From Octopus vulgaris (lineage: Eukaryota): DNA of 64,000 nucleotides. Shown here one piece after another: positions 25,826 to 39,170 of the stretch (its first letter is position 1; the number at the start of each line of letters is the position of its first letter). The DNA is taken from positions 9,734,001 through 9,798,000 of the forward strand of contig OX597839.1 of the NCBI GenBank assembly GCA_951406725.2. Direction: 5' to 3'. A program made the translations under genes and the position numbers. The notes under the pieces are model-generated. The model had not been told where the DNA came from. It saw nothing but the letters and a program-made list of their open reading frames with translations, and made no database searches.

Positions 25826-27584
25826 GACGCAGGCCTAGCTGTTGGGGGTGTTTGTCTCCCCTTCGTAAATATATAAGGACACAGGAAATGTGTCAAGGCC
25901 GACAGGAAGCGTTGATGTTTCCTAGGGCTAAATAGCGAAGGTGTATTTCCCTTACGGGACTGTCACGGTAAGTTGACAGTATACAACCACTCTAATGCCA
26001 AAACTGTTACACATGTATCATACCTTAAAAGTGTAATATGGTAGCAAGGCAGTGATGATTTTACATTATCAGTAGAGGGTTTTTAGAAGAACCAGTGGTT
26101 TATGCAAAATCTTTTCTTCAAATATTTAGGAATTTTATGAATTTGGCTGTTTTACTTACTACTGGAGACCTGTAAGTAATTATCTCAGATTTTAGGTTAT
26201 ATATATGGCCCAGTGGTTAGGGCAGTGGCCTCACGGTCATAGGAGCGCGGTTTCGATTCCCAGACCGAGCATTGTGAATATTTAGCCTGATAGCCTGGTC
26301 GGTTACGTGATCACGTGATTTCTTTAATATAGTATTGACTGGAGGTACAGTGATGCCAACTTCAATTAAGTGGTGGTGGTAATTATATCAAAGATTGGTA
26401 GTAATATCTGGGGCAATGATGTAATGTCAATGGCTTTAGTCGTCACAGTGAGTACTGTTGTGATGGTGGAAGATGAAGTGGTGATAGTGAACTGAAGGGG
26501 TGGGGGGTATTGCAAAATGTAGTATTACTAGTTTTCTACTGTACCATGGCTCAAATACTGAAGAACTTTTTCATACCACTTAGTATCTCGCATGTCATCA
26601 TGTAGTGTGGGGAGGGAGAGACTGACTCAAGAGTGGACACTGACAAGTAGAGTAAGAGAGTGACGCCTCTCACCTCATTATGAACACATAAAGAATTATA
26701 TATGCGTATGTCAGAACATGCAAATGACTAATTGATGGACACACACAATATAAACTCTATCTCATAAAAATGGAAAATTAAATCTGATTTGTTACTTACA
26801 TTCATCATCATCATCATCATCATTTAACATCCGCTTTCCATGCTAGCATGGGATGGACGGTTCAACTGGGGTCTGGGAAGCCAGAAGGCTGCACCAAGCT
26901 CCAGTCTGATCTGGCAATGTTTCTATGGCTGGATGCCCTTCCTAACGCCAATCACTCCGTGAGTGTAGTGGGTGCTTTTTACGTGCCTCCGGCACAGGTG
27001 CCAGACGAGGCTAGCAAACGGCCACGATCAGATGGTGCTTTTTACGCCAAGAAGCTTTGGGTTCAGTCCCACTGTATGACACCTTGGGCAAGTGTCTTTT
27101 TCTATAGACTCAGGCCAACCAAAGCCTTGTGAGCAGATGTGGTAGCTGGAAACTGAAAGGAACCCATCATATAGAGGCACACATTGTGTGTGAGAGAGTG
27201 TTTGTTTGTGTACCTTTGTATCGATAATGTGTGATGACTGTAAATGGACATCACTGTGGTACTAGTTATGTTGTTCATAAGAAGTCTTCCATGAAAAATA
27301 TGTCTGGCCAAGAGAAATATTACTTTGAGTGGAAGCAGGTAAGAGTTGACAACAAGAAAGGTTTCTGGCTGTAGATAATCTGCTTCAATGAATTCCATCT
27401 GACTCATGTAAGCATAGAAAAGTTGATGTTAAATACTAAGATGATGACACATACCACATTCTTTTACAATTTTCTGTTGCTCAAACACTACTTTGAAAGG
27501 TTTAGTTTATTAAATAGGTCCCAGTACTTCATTTTTTGAAAACACAAGATACAGAAACAAGTACAAAGACATGCATACATGCAC

Positions 27585-28005
27585 AGGCATAGGAGTGGAT
27601 GTGTGGTAAGTAGCTTGCTTACCAACCACATGGTTCTGGGTTCAGTTTGACTGCATGGCACTTTGGGCGAGTGTCTTTTACTACAGCCTCGGGCCGACCA
27701 AAGCCTTGTGAGTGGATTTGGTAGACGGAAACTGAAAGAAGCCCGTCGTATATATGTATATATATATATATGCATGTGTGTGTGTGTATATGTTTGTGTG
27801 TCTGCGTTTGTCCCCCCCCCAACATCGCTTGACAACTGATGCTGGTGTGTTTACGTCCCAGTAACTTAGCGGTTCGGCAAAGAGACCAACAGAATAAATA
27901 CTAGGCTTACAAAGAATAAGTCCTGGGGTCGATTTGCTCGACTAAAGGCGGTGCTCCAGCATGGCCACAGTCAAATGACTGAAACAAGTAAAAGAGTAAA
28001 GAGTA
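27585..28005 (+). mobile_element. SINE family B, full length
   Basis: tRNA-like head (gtgtggtaag...gggttcagt), internal (TA/TG)n and gtaaaagagtaaa tail. Confidence 0.85.
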
Positions 28006-28524
28006 TATATGTAATGGGCTTCTGCACAATTTTTGTCTACAAATTAATTCACAGCCCAAGATTATGATAGAAGATAGAAGATACTTGGGTCAAGATGCCA
28101 CACAGTTTCCTGGAGGCTTTCTTAATGCACAAAGACATCAATATTGGAATATATCACTACATATGTGTATGTGTGTAATGACAAATGTAGAAATGTGATC
28201 GTGTCGTTACAGATTAATATATGTGCATGTTTAGTACACACAAACACACGGAATATATATTAGGAACAAAAGCAGTGCATTATTATTTTCGATAAATAGT
28301 ACCCTCCCCTTGAACTGGTAATCACTATGCAAAGCAAATTAACATAGACACATACATACACGTGAGTGTACCTGTGTGTGTGTGTGTGTGTGTCCGTGTC
28401 CTGCCATGACTCCATGTCGAAAAACCATTCTCCAGGACATTTTTGAAAAGGGAGAAGCAATAAAGGAAAAATGCCTGTCTAACATTACCAAAGACAGGTG
28501 TCCAAATGTACATAAATATCGTCA

Positions 28525-28554
<30 letters not shown>

Positions 28555-28562
<8 letters not shown>

Positions 28563-28772
28563 TAAAAACGATAAGATAACAAAAGAAAGAAAGAGACCTC
28601 AATATTATATAAACAGAGGAAATTTATCTGTAAAATAATATGTTACAATTATTCAATAGCCAAGATAAAGAGATGGCCAGATAACCGAAGAGATGGTGTT
28701 GTGGATTTCCACCTCGGCATCCGAAACTCAGAGTTTTATCTTGGCTATTGAATAATTGTCACATATTATTTT

Positions 28773-28776
<4 letters not shown>
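28555..28776. mobile_element. Penelope-like pLTR fold-back with hammerhead variant (28679-28741)
   Basis: Inverted arms tgtaaaataatatgttacaattattcaatagccaagataaa / tttatcttggctattgaataattgtcacatattattttaca; agataa-CCGAAGA-gat...atc-cGAAAC-tcaga-GTT-ttatct; sits between (TA)n tracts. Confidence 0.65.
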
Positions 28777-28824
<48 letters not shown>

Positions 28825-29411
28825 GTGTGTGTATATGTTTGTGTGTCTGTGTTTGTCCCTCTAGCATTGCTTGACAACCGATGCTGGTGTGTTTACGTCC
28901 CCGTCACCTAGCGGTTCGGCAAAAGAGACTGATAGAATAAGTACTGGGCTTACAAAGAATAAGTCCCGGGGTCGATTTGCCCGACTAAAGGCGGTGCTCC
29001 AGCATGGCCACAGTCAAATGACTGAAACCAGTAAACGAGTATGTATATGCAGGTGTAAGACTATGTACGTACACACACCTTTAGCGATTCTGGATCCTGG
29101 ATAAACAGAAATACTTTTGACACATGTAGCAATACAAATCACTGTATACAAACATGTACATACACCTGCTTCCGTACACATACTTGCAGGCACAATAATT
29201 TTCTCTCTCTCTCTCTCTCTCTCCAGATTCTACATCATCCCGTCACATACACATTTAACGAAAACTCATCAAGTTCCCTACAGAATTTTAGCTAACACCT
29301 ACGACTGCCGATTTCCTGGAACTCATTTTTTCTTTCTTTCTTCTTTAACCATACATACACACACGAAATCACACACACACATATATATATATATACACTT
29401 TCCTATATACT

Positions 29412-29571
29412 TCTTTCTTTACTGCCCACAAGGGGCTAAACACAGAATGGACAAACGGATTAAATCGATTACATCGACCCCAGTACGTAACTGGTACTTA
29501 TTTAATCGACCCCGAAAGGATGAAAGGCAAAGTCGACCTCGGCGGAATTTGAACTCAGAATGTAACGGCAG
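29412..29571 (-). mobile_element. 5'-truncated SINE family A with 15-bp TSD
   Basis: actttcctatatact at 29397-29411 and 29572-29586. Confidence 0.85.
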
Positions 29572-30358
29572 ACTTTCCTATATACTATGTTCCAATGGAA
29601 TAACTGAAGAGAAGGAAGGTATTTTTTTTTTACCTCGTTTCAATGAGTTTAGAAGGGGTAGGGTGTTCGAATTTATTATTTTAGGAATTTTTTTTTCTTT
29701 CCTTTTCTATAAATTCAATCAGGAATAAGGGATATTACATTCATGACCTCTACTAGTCTTTCCTTCCAAATTAGCAGGATTGCTGCGACCGACCGATGTT
29801 CAATTTAAAAATGCGGGTGGGTGTGGGATTAGGAATTTCAAAGGGCTGCCGTCTACGGAAGAGATGGGTAGAATCATTAGAGTGGAGTGGGGTGGTATTA
29901 GTGATGGGTTGTGTCATTGAAGAGGAATGCAAGTGGTAGTGGTGGTGGTGATGAGGAAGTGAATCAACAGACTAAAGAACGATTGATCACTGAAAGATGA
30001 AATAGTAAACAGATATGCAAAGTGAACAAACAGGTTTGCAAATAATATAACGAACAAATCTACAAAATAATGCAGTGAGTGCATTTACAAAAGGATAAAT
30101 GGATTATTATAAACGAAGAAATATAAACAGCATAAAACTGCTTCACACCTCCAAAAGATAAACAATATAAAACAACAGAAATACAACAAACGCAATGTAT
30201 TGTTTTGGCAGTAAAATAATCAAATATGAAATGCATTCAAAAGAGAAAGAAGAATGAAGATAAGATTGTAAGGAATTAGAGGAAAATGATAATTAATGAG
30301 ATAATTAGTGAGATAAAAAAAAAAGAAGCAGGTGTGGTGCGTCCACTGAAAGACTAAC

Positions 30359-30568
30359 CCATTGTATTGGAATCGGGTGTTTGTAACAGTGCACATGTTC
30401 TAGGGTGCTGTAAAGCGGCAGTAGGTAAGAGGTCTGAGAGAGGGCAGCAGCCTGGTAGAACTGCTCCTCGTCACCACTGTAACACTGTGATCTCGTCTCA
30501 AGGGCACGCCGGCCACGCTGGGACCTCTTCACCGCGGACGGTGTCGTCTCCTCCACCGAGACATCCAT
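30359..30568 (-). CDS. Candidate alternative first coding exon of myosin-XVIII (MDVSVEETTP...HVHCYKHPIPIQW, 70 aa)
   Basis: aagATGg Kozak context, GC-rich open frame and tgg|gttagt donor in phase 0, compatible with the 3547 acceptor. Preceded by a CpG-rich leader. Confidence 0.7.
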
Positions 30569-31000
30569 CTTGAGTGAATCATCCAAGTGCAAGGAGCCAA
30601 AGACGACGACGACGATAATAACGGGAGCAAGATGTAGCGGCAACGGAACCGCAGCAGCAGCAGTTGCTGAAATGGTTGGAGTGGGAGTAGACAACAGAGA
30701 GTAATAGATAAAGGTAGTAGGTAGGAGGGGTTGGAAAAATAATAATAATAAAGAGGCGAGGGAAGAGAGAAGTCGAAAGATGCGGTAGGCGATAGTAGAG
30801 AGAGGGGCGGGAGGTATAGAAAGTGAAAGAGATAATAGAGATGTAGTGGAAAGTGAAAGAGAGAGTAAGGAGACGGGATAAGGAGGAAGCGGGAGAAGAC
30901 GAGGAGGAGGTGACAAAGCGAAGAAAGTGAAAGAGAGGAAAAGAGAGAGTGGACAAGAGAGGCAGGAGGAGGAGGAGGAAGAGAGAAACAAAACAAGGAG
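30569..31000 (-). promoter_or_regulatory. Putative 5'UTR/promoter region of the 30568 exon
   Basis: Locally CpG-rich, non-repeat and strongly pyrimidine-rich on the minus strand, directly upstream of the ATG. Confidence 0.45.
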
Positions 31001-31627
31001 CAGATGGAGGTGGTGTGGAAGTGGAGTATGGACAACGCTAGGGATAACACAGGAAATTGTGGTCAAGCTATCAACTAGAAACAGTAGCCAAACCTCCTTC
31101 AAACGGATAGGAACTACACTGAATAATGCAATTCGCTATATATATATATATACACACACACGCGCCATGGTTACACCTCGAACACCTTTGATCATTTGTA
31201 TGCTGAATCAGGGCTAAGACGGGGGTTAAACAACGGAGGAACTAATGAATACATGGGTATTTCCATTTAAAACACATAAAGAGATACATGGACACACATC
31301 AGCCTTCACATATGCATACTAACGGTAAAACATATACGAAACGACAAACGCAAAAATTACAACAGGTAAATACAGAAGACACACAACACGTGTGAATGTC
31401 TGTTGTGTTTGCGTAAAATACACAAGAGAAAACTTTCATACACACATGCAGACACAACATATTCACAGACACACTGCACTTATAGATTGAGTGAAGTTGT
31501 AATTTCCACGAAGTGGAGTGGTGCTTCGAGTGTTCCTGATCATGTGAAGCGAGCTTATGGAAACATTAAGGTATGGGGGTGGAGCTTACAGAGTGAGGTA
31601 TTCTATCCGTCTGGAATAGAACGTACC

Positions 31628-31848
31628 GGATCTTTTCGGTTTGAACGGCAGATTTGGAAATCAGTAAACACCATTACAATCTCAACTTCATTTTCAAAAC
31701 AGAAAATAAAACGTAATTAAAAACAATTGTGAGATTAAGCCAAGAGAAAATGATGTTTTATAAACACATTCCACCAGTATACGAAGTTTAAAATTTTTTA
31801 GTTACCTAGAAATTATGTTAAAAACTGCCGTTCAAACCGAAAAGATCC
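31628..31848. mobile_element. Short variant of the GGATCTTTTCGG MITE
   Basis: Same TIRs, different and shorter interior, no visible TSD. Confidence 0.8.
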
Positions 31849-32189
31849 CATTTTTCATTAAAAAATAAATCTTAAAATTACGGCTTTTTCCCCTCTTTTT
31901 TTTTTTACGAAATACGGACAGTCCGAATCTGCAATATCTTTCCGTTTACAATTTTCAGACGAAAAAGTGATTTAAGGGCGATTTAGCTGTTGTTTCTAGC
32001 GCATCTCACGCCCACCAGGTACCTTCCTCGTTTCTTTGTCACTCTGAAAATTATTGATGTTTTTCAATATTTTTCTCTCCATAAACACAGTCTATGTAAT
32101 GATGATGAAGTAGTCCGTTGCTGGGACACCATAAAAAAAATTTCAGTTATTTCTCAGAGGAAATTATATTTTTTCTTATTATTTACGAA

Positions 32190-33860
32190 CAACTTTTTCT
32201 GTAAAACCTCTGTATCTGGTTTTGTTGACATGAAGAAAGCCTTTGACAGGGTCTCCCGCTCCCTTATCTGGTGGGCTAGGTATAGATGAGTGGTTAGTGA
32301 GAGCGGTACAAGCAATGTACAGGGATGCTGTTAGTAAGGTGAGAGTCGCCAATGAGTATAGCATGAAGCTTGGTGTACAAGTAGGAGTCCACCAAGGTTC
32401 AGTTCTTAACCTCCTCTTATTTATCATGGCCCTCCAAGTTAAATCTGAGGAATTTAAGATTGGCTACCCTTGGGAGATCTTCTTTGTTAATGATATTGCT
32501 CTAATCGCTGAATCACTACCAGAACAAGAGAAAAAATTTGGGGCATGGAAACATGGACTGGAATCAAAGAGCCTCATAGTTAATTTAGCAAAGACTGAAG
32601 TCATAATAAGTAGGAAAACAGACAAATCACAGATCCCTCAAGGAGATGGCCCTACTCAATATGTAGGAAAGGTGTTGAGAAATTTCATACAGTGTACCCA
32701 GTGCAAGCTATGGACACATAAGAGGTGCAGTGGTATCACTTGAAGACTATCAGAGAAAGTAGTCTTTACATGTGACAGATATGCAGGTACATCAAACACC
32801 AGGAATATACGAAAAATAGACTCCCTTAAATGTCAAGGGGTATCCTTAAAAGTAATTAACAGTATTTGTTACTTAGGTGACCAAGTTAGTAGTGGGGGAG
32901 GTTGTTCAAAAAGCATAGCTTCTAGAATAAGAATAAGCTGGGTAAAGTTCAGGGAACTACTACTTCTGTTAATAATGAAGGGCCTCTCCCTCAGAGTCAA
33001 AAGCAGATTGTATGATGCCTGTGTATGAACAGTGACACTACATGGCAGTGAGACATGGGCTGAAGATTTGTGAAGGCTTGAAAGAAACGAAGCCAGTATG
33101 CTTTACTGGGTAGGTAATGTCAGTGTGCATATGTGACAGAGTGTAAGTTATTTGAGAGAAAAACTGGGTAGACGAAGTATCAGATGTAGCATGCAAGAGA
33201 GAAGACTGCACTGGTATTGTCTTGGCAGAAACGTTAGCACGCTGGGTGAAATGCTTAGCGGTATTTCATCTGCCGTTACGTTCTGAGTTCAAATTCTGTC
33301 GAGGTCGACTTTGCCTCTAATCCTTTCAGGGTCGATAAATTAAGTATCTGTTACGCACAATCTGTTCTGTGTTTAGCCTCTTGTAGGTATTAAAGAAATA
33401 GGTATTGTCTTGTAATGCATATGAATGAAGACAGTTGCATCAAGAGGGAACATGTGGTAGGGGTAGACCCAGGAAGATGTGGGATGGCGTGATGAGGAAG
33501 GATCCACAGATGTTGGGATACACAGAGAGGATGACAGGGAACTGAAACTCCAGGTAGTTTGCTGTGCTTGAAAAGACCCATCAAGGTAAGTAAAAGTGTG
33601 GTTGTTCTTGCATACAACTGCATCCCTTTCCAGCTGAGCATTGCTAACCTTGTGGGTTCATGGGTACTGGTGCCACATAAAATGAACCCGCTCCAGTGCT
33701 GTGTAAAAGCACCCAGTACATTCTGTAAAGTGGTTGGCATTAGGAAAGGCAGGCAGCCATAGAAACCAAGCTTAAAACAAACATGAAACCTGGGCAGCTC
33801 TTCAGCTGGCCAACTCCTGTCAAGCCTTCCAGCCCATACCAGAATGGAAAACAAACATTA
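32190..33860 (+). mobile_element. 5'-truncated RTE LINE (RT to 3'UTR) with nested SINE A at 33225-33400
   Basis: FVDMKKAFDRV...VGVHQGSVL...CTQCKLWTHKRCSG. The SINE is flanked by the TSD ggtattgtcttg (33213-33224, 33401-33412). Confidence 0.9.
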
Positions 33861-35261
33861 TATATAAAAAAGGGGTGAGGACCAAAATCCTTTAAAGGGA
33901 TGTCAAACATCCAAGTCCGCTGAGATGATTTGAAAATATAATACCTAATAATCTAACAGTATATCTTTTCTACTCCTCTGAGATTTGCCTAATGCAATGA
34001 TTTAATTATTGTAATTTAATCCTTTAGGATAAACTGAAACAGCTGTAAGAGAATATGTTGGATTTTCACAGATAAAAAAATTATATTAACGCTACGTTTT
34101 CATTTTCTAAATATTCTTTTGAATACTTATAAACCAAGATTTATATTTAGACCTATTATTTTATGAATATTATTATTCACAAAAAATACTAATCAACGAA
34201 CCAGTAATTAATTGGATATTACTATCCCTTAATGAGACTATTTTAACCTCTGACTGAATACACACACACACACACATGTATATAAATGATATAGATATAT
34301 TAAAATGTTTTTATATATATATATATAGTGGAGGCGTGTGTCTTAGTGGTTAGCGTGCCATCACCATGATTGTAAGATTGTGGTTTCGATTCCTGGACTG
34401 GGCGACTAGTTGTGCTCTTGAGCAAAACACTTCATTTCACGTTGCTCCTGTCCACTCAGCTGGCAAAAATGAGTAACGCTGTGATGGACTGGTGTCCCGT
34501 CCAGCTGGGGAACTCATACGCCATAGAAACCGGGCGCATGAGCCTGGCTAGGCTTTAAAAGAGCGCATTTATTATTATACACACACACACACATTTATAT
34601 AAATTATAATGAAAAGGGTTCTTAGTCTAAAGTAACTTCTTGCCTCTAAAATCTCAAACGTAAGATCTCTTCCCTGAAGACAGAGGCTCATCTCATCCTC
34701 TGATGGAATCCATCTACAAACATTATTATGGACCACCAAGCCCCCAGAAACTATTGTTGGATTTGTAATACTTTTCCTCAACCCCTTCAATTCTCTATAT
34801 CATTGGTATTCTGTGTAAGTCAGGCCCTTTTATCATCATCATCATTTAACATCCACTTTCCATGCTAGCATGGGTTGGACGGTTCAACTGGGGTCTGGGA
34901 AGCCAGAAGGCTGCACCAGGCCCAGTCTGATCTGGCAGTGTTTCTACAGCTGGATGCCCTTCCTAATGCCAACCACTCCGTGAGTGTAGTGGGTGCTTTT
35001 TACGAGTCTAGGAAACAGCCACGATCAAATGATGCTTTTTTATGTGCCACCGTAAAAAGCACCATCCGATCATGGCCGTTTTTATATACGTATATACATT
35101 TTTGGTATTTCATGTATTTAATATAATTTATTGATCTGTGTAACTTGTTTATCCCTACATTTACTTCTGTACCCACTCAAGTTTAAACCTCTTGAGCACC
35201 ACTAAGTGTATTCTATATGGAGAATATCTGGATCTAATCTATGAACTAAACACCTTTTGCT

Positions 35262-35515
35262 CACCCAAGTGCTGCTTATTGATTACACTCATGGTCAACG
35301 AAAAACCTGGCTGATGACAGTCAAGGCTGATCTGAAACCCAACCTAGGCCCCCATATCTATGGCGTTCGCCGCTGGAATAAGGAGTGGTTGGAGATCACG
35401 CGGTCATTAGCCTCAAATCGCCAGGCCTGGTCGGTGTTTGTGAGAGATGCAGCATTGAGGATGAATGAAGCCAGCTCAACCCACCTCGGGTGAATGCTGT
35501 CAAGTCAAGTCAGTC
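35262..35515 (+). mobile_element. RTE-clade LINE 3' end with (caagt)n tail
   Basis: GQRKTWLMTVKADL...YGVRRWNKEWLEITRSLASNRQAWSVFVRD, followed by caagtcaagtcag. Confidence 0.7.
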
Positions 35516-36104
35516 TCATGGACAAGCAATTCTTGGTCACATCTACAAAGAATATCCCAATCCCAGCTAGGGATCTCTACAAGGAACTTTTAATACAGAA
35601 AACTAAGGACTTTTTTGTTTATATGTTCTTCGTTTTCCATTTGGTTGTCTTTGTATTTATTCTGTAGCTGATATATTCCCCAAGATATAATATATTGACC
35701 TAATGTGTTGTGAGTGACATATATGTGTTTTTCATTTAAAACTAATTTCTTTCATACTTGTTGTTGGTAAAATGACAAGTGTCGTCAAATACATTTTGAG
35801 GAGAATTGTTAAAGCACCAATTCCAAAGATATTTTCGTTTGGTTCTCGTTTATTTTACTAAATTCAATTAACATTACATATAAATACATGGGAGTAACCT
35901 CCCTTCGTTAATTAAGACAGGCGCAAGAAAACATGAGTAGGGAGGTCAATTCTAAATTTTCGTCTAAAAGTTATCTGTCCCAAAGAGATGAAAAGAATTA
36001 AATTTCTTATCTATTTCATTTTAACTAATCTAAAGGAAGTATTCGATTTATGACTTAAGGTCATTGTGGAGGAAAACAACCTCTTGTATCATTACAGCAA
36101 AGGG

Positions 36105-36634
36105 ATGAAGTCGATTACATCGACCCCAGTGCGTAACTGGTACTTATTTAATCATCCCCGAAAAAGCAAAGTCGACCTCGGCGGAATTTGAACTCAGAAC
36201 GTAACGGCAGACGAAATAACTGTTTCTTTACTACCCACAAGGGGCTACACACAGAGGGGACAAACAAGGACAGACAAATGGATTAAGTTGATTACATCGG
36301 CCCCAGTACGCAACTGGTACTTAATTTATCGACCCCGAAAGGATGAAAGGCAAAGTCGACCACGGCGGAATTTGAACTCACAACGTAGACAGGCGAAATA
36401 CCTATTTCTTTACTACCCACAAGGGGCTAAACACACAGGGGACATACAAGGACAGACAAACGGATTAAGTCGATTACATCGATCCCCAGTGCGTAACTGG
36501 TACTTAATTTATCGACCCCGAAAGGATGAAAGGCAAAGTCGACATCGGCAGAATTTGAACTCAGAACATAACGGCAGACGAAATACGGCTACGCATTTCG
36601 CCCGGCATGCTAACGTTTATGCCAGCTCGCCGCT
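36105..36634 (-). mobile_element. Head-to-tail trimer of SINE family A
   Basis: Three units joined at cgaaata(a/c)ct(g/a)tttctttactacc. Confidence 0.85.
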
Positions 36635-37249
36635 TTCAATGTCTTAAAAGTATTGATTATAATAGAGTAGATAAACTGCGAATATATATGTCCGAAAAGC
36701 AGTCGAGTTTCGGTGATTATCCATTATTTGTTTTCGTTTATTTTTTTATGACTGAGAATTAGTGAATTAGGAAAGACAAACTGAAATATAATGTAAGACA
36801 GCAGAAATATTATGCCTGAATCACGAATTATCTTTGAAACTTTGCAATAAGAAACGGTGAAGAAATAATTCTAAAAATTTATGAATTACACACGATAAAG
36901 GGAAACAATTACGAAAAAAATGACCCGTTTAATATTTCGTGATTCAACACTTGATCCGAGTTACGTCCCTTGCACGGTTGTATCCTATTTTAATGTTATT
37001 TCCTGATGGATTTAACCTCACACATCTTGATAATTTGGAATTTTAGAATAAATTCGATTGTATTGGGTTAATTGATGCTGTGGTGTAGTCTTAGCTTCAC
37101 ATAAACTTCTAAAAAGACAGGGTTTCATCTGAATTGCATTCAGAAGCTAAAAGTCGTTTTAAAAATTCTTTTTCAAAATATTTTACAATGATTGAGAAAT
37201 TATTTTAATTGGATGTTCTCGTTCTCTGACTAAATATATCAGTAATTAA

Positions 37250-37660
37250 ATAAATCTGAACCTACGCAGGCGTATGCGTTACGAATATATTGCGAACTCT
37301 AGAGATCGATCACTGCATCATAAAACCTTTGTTTTCGTACTTAATATATTTTCCGGTACAGTCAACGTGGTGCAGCACGTTAATTGCAAAACTGCACCAA
37401 CAGGAAAAGTTGAGCGTAAATGAAACTGCACACACACACACACACGCCCGTCACTACTGATTTATGTGAGTCAGGATGATGGCATTGGAAGGGGTGGGAG
37501 TGATAGCGTAGGTGGCAGGTGGTTAGCCTTTTATTGCCTCCCCATCTGAATGGAGAGATTTCTGTTCGCTTTTATTTGCATGCGTGCTGTCCGCACGTGC
37601 GTGTGCGCATACGCACAACTGCACGTATCTTAACAAGAGAGATCTATTTATAGACGTTTA
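37250..37660. promoter_or_regulatory. Candidate intronic enhancer or alternative promoter
   Basis: Unique CpG-containing stretch with TGAGTCA (37467-37473), ATTTGCAT (37574-37581), CACGTG (37594-37599), NRF1-like TGCGCATACGCA (37604-37615) and MEF2 consensus CTATTTATAG (37644-37653). Confidence 0.35.
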
Positions 37661-37746
37661 TAATCAAACAGTAATTGCTCTGCAAATTAGTTGATCCCAA
37701 ACTCACTACAAATGGTATGTCCTCTATTGTTATTGAAAGGGCTCTG

Positions 37747-38155
37747 GGATCTTTTCGGTTTGAACGGCAGTTTTTTTTCTAGCGGTGTCATATGAAATTG
37801 TCACCCATAATTATGACCCTAGTATCGATTTATTGCATTTCAATCTGATTTAGGGTTAGGAGTGAGGGGAAGGGTATCTTTTTTCTTCAGAAATGTAAAT
37901 AAACCCAATCTGTTTCTTAAACGAGGGACATATTCATACGGCACAGAATGTTTTCACCTCAATAGACGTCATTGATTGGTTGAAATTGCAGAAATTGAAG
38001 AAAAAAAACAAGTATCTTACAAACTATAGAATTTTCTCAATAAAGCCAAGAGAAAAAGATGTTTTATAAACACATTCTACCAGTATACGAAGTTTAAAAT
38101 TTTTTAGTTACCTAGAAATTATTTTTAAAAACTGCCGTTCAAACCGAAAAGATCC
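37747..38155. mobile_element. GGATCTTTTCGG MITE
   Basis: TIRs present; flanks gggctctg / aggctctg (8-bp TSD, one mismatch). Opposite orientation to 24899-25309. Confidence 0.9.
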
Positions 38156-38364
38156 AGGCTCTGTCCTAGAGGCATTACAATAAATACATCCTCCACACAC
38201 TCTGTGCATGTGTGTGTGTCTACACACATACACACCTGCGTTTTTGGAATTGAAGCACCACAGAGGTTAATTAAAAAAAAAGGAGAAAATGGCACGACAG
38301 TCTTTTATTAATGGGATCACCTCAAAAATATCAAACTCTATTGTCTCCAGCAACCCGTATCCCT

Positions 38365-39170
38365 TTCTATTATAGGCACAAGGCCTGAAATTTGGGGGAG
38401 AAGGATAGTCGATTACATCGACCCCAGTACTCAACTGGTACTTATTTAATCAACCCTGAAAGAATGAAAGGCAAAGTCGATCGGCGGAATTTGAACTCAG
38501 AACATAGCGGTATACGAAATACTGCTAAGCATTTCGTCCGGCGTGCTACTGATTCTGCCAGCTCGCCGCCTTTCCAACAACCCGTATCATTAATCAGATT
38601 GTCTCCGATGGAGTCATACCCAAAGATTGGTGTAGCGTGGTTATATTCAACTGCTACAAAAGCAAAGGTGATGCCTTAGACAGAATTAATTTCAGAGGCA
38701 TCAAATTGCTGGACCAGATGATAAAAGTTACCAAAAAAGTCACAGCTCAATTAATTAGGAAGGGAGTTAGTCTCAATGAGATGCAGTGCAAGGAAGAAGT
38801 ACCACCAATGCTATCTTCTTAATGCAGGAGAAATACTTGGCCAAAAACGAACCTCTGTATTTGACTTTTGATATGGAGAAAGCCTTTGACAGGGTTCCCT
38901 GCTCCCTTATCTGGTGGACAATACAGGTGCTAGGTACAGATGAGTGGTTAGTGAGAGCTGTACAAGCGATGTACAGAGATGCTATAAGTAAGGTGAGAGT
39001 CACTAATGAGTATAGCAAGGGGTGGTTAGCATTAGGAAGGGCATCAAGCTGTAGAAATTTTGCCAGATCAGATTGGAGCCTGGTGCAGCCATCTGGCTCG
39101 CCAGCCCTCAGTCAAACTCAGTCAAACCCAAAAAAGCATGGAAAGTGGACGTTAAAGGATGATAATGATA
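38365..39170 (+). mobile_element. SINE A (minus, about 38365-38572) followed by an RTE RT fragment fused to a family-D tail
   Basis: SINE flanked by caacccgtatc repeats; NFRGIKLLDQ...DMEKAFDRVP...VQAMYRDA jumps directly into the 3'UTR. Confidence 0.8.

Noticed and set aside
26155-26180. 10-nt microexon (ttacag|gtctccagta|gtaagt on the minus strand)
   Set aside because: Weak polypyrimidine tract, frameshifting length, and adjacent to an old dispersed repeat motif.
30305-31102. 265-aa ORF as a single-exon gene
   Set aside because: The upstream part is low-complexity purine/pyrimidine sequence. Only the segment from the ATG at 30568 to the donor at 30359 looks coding.
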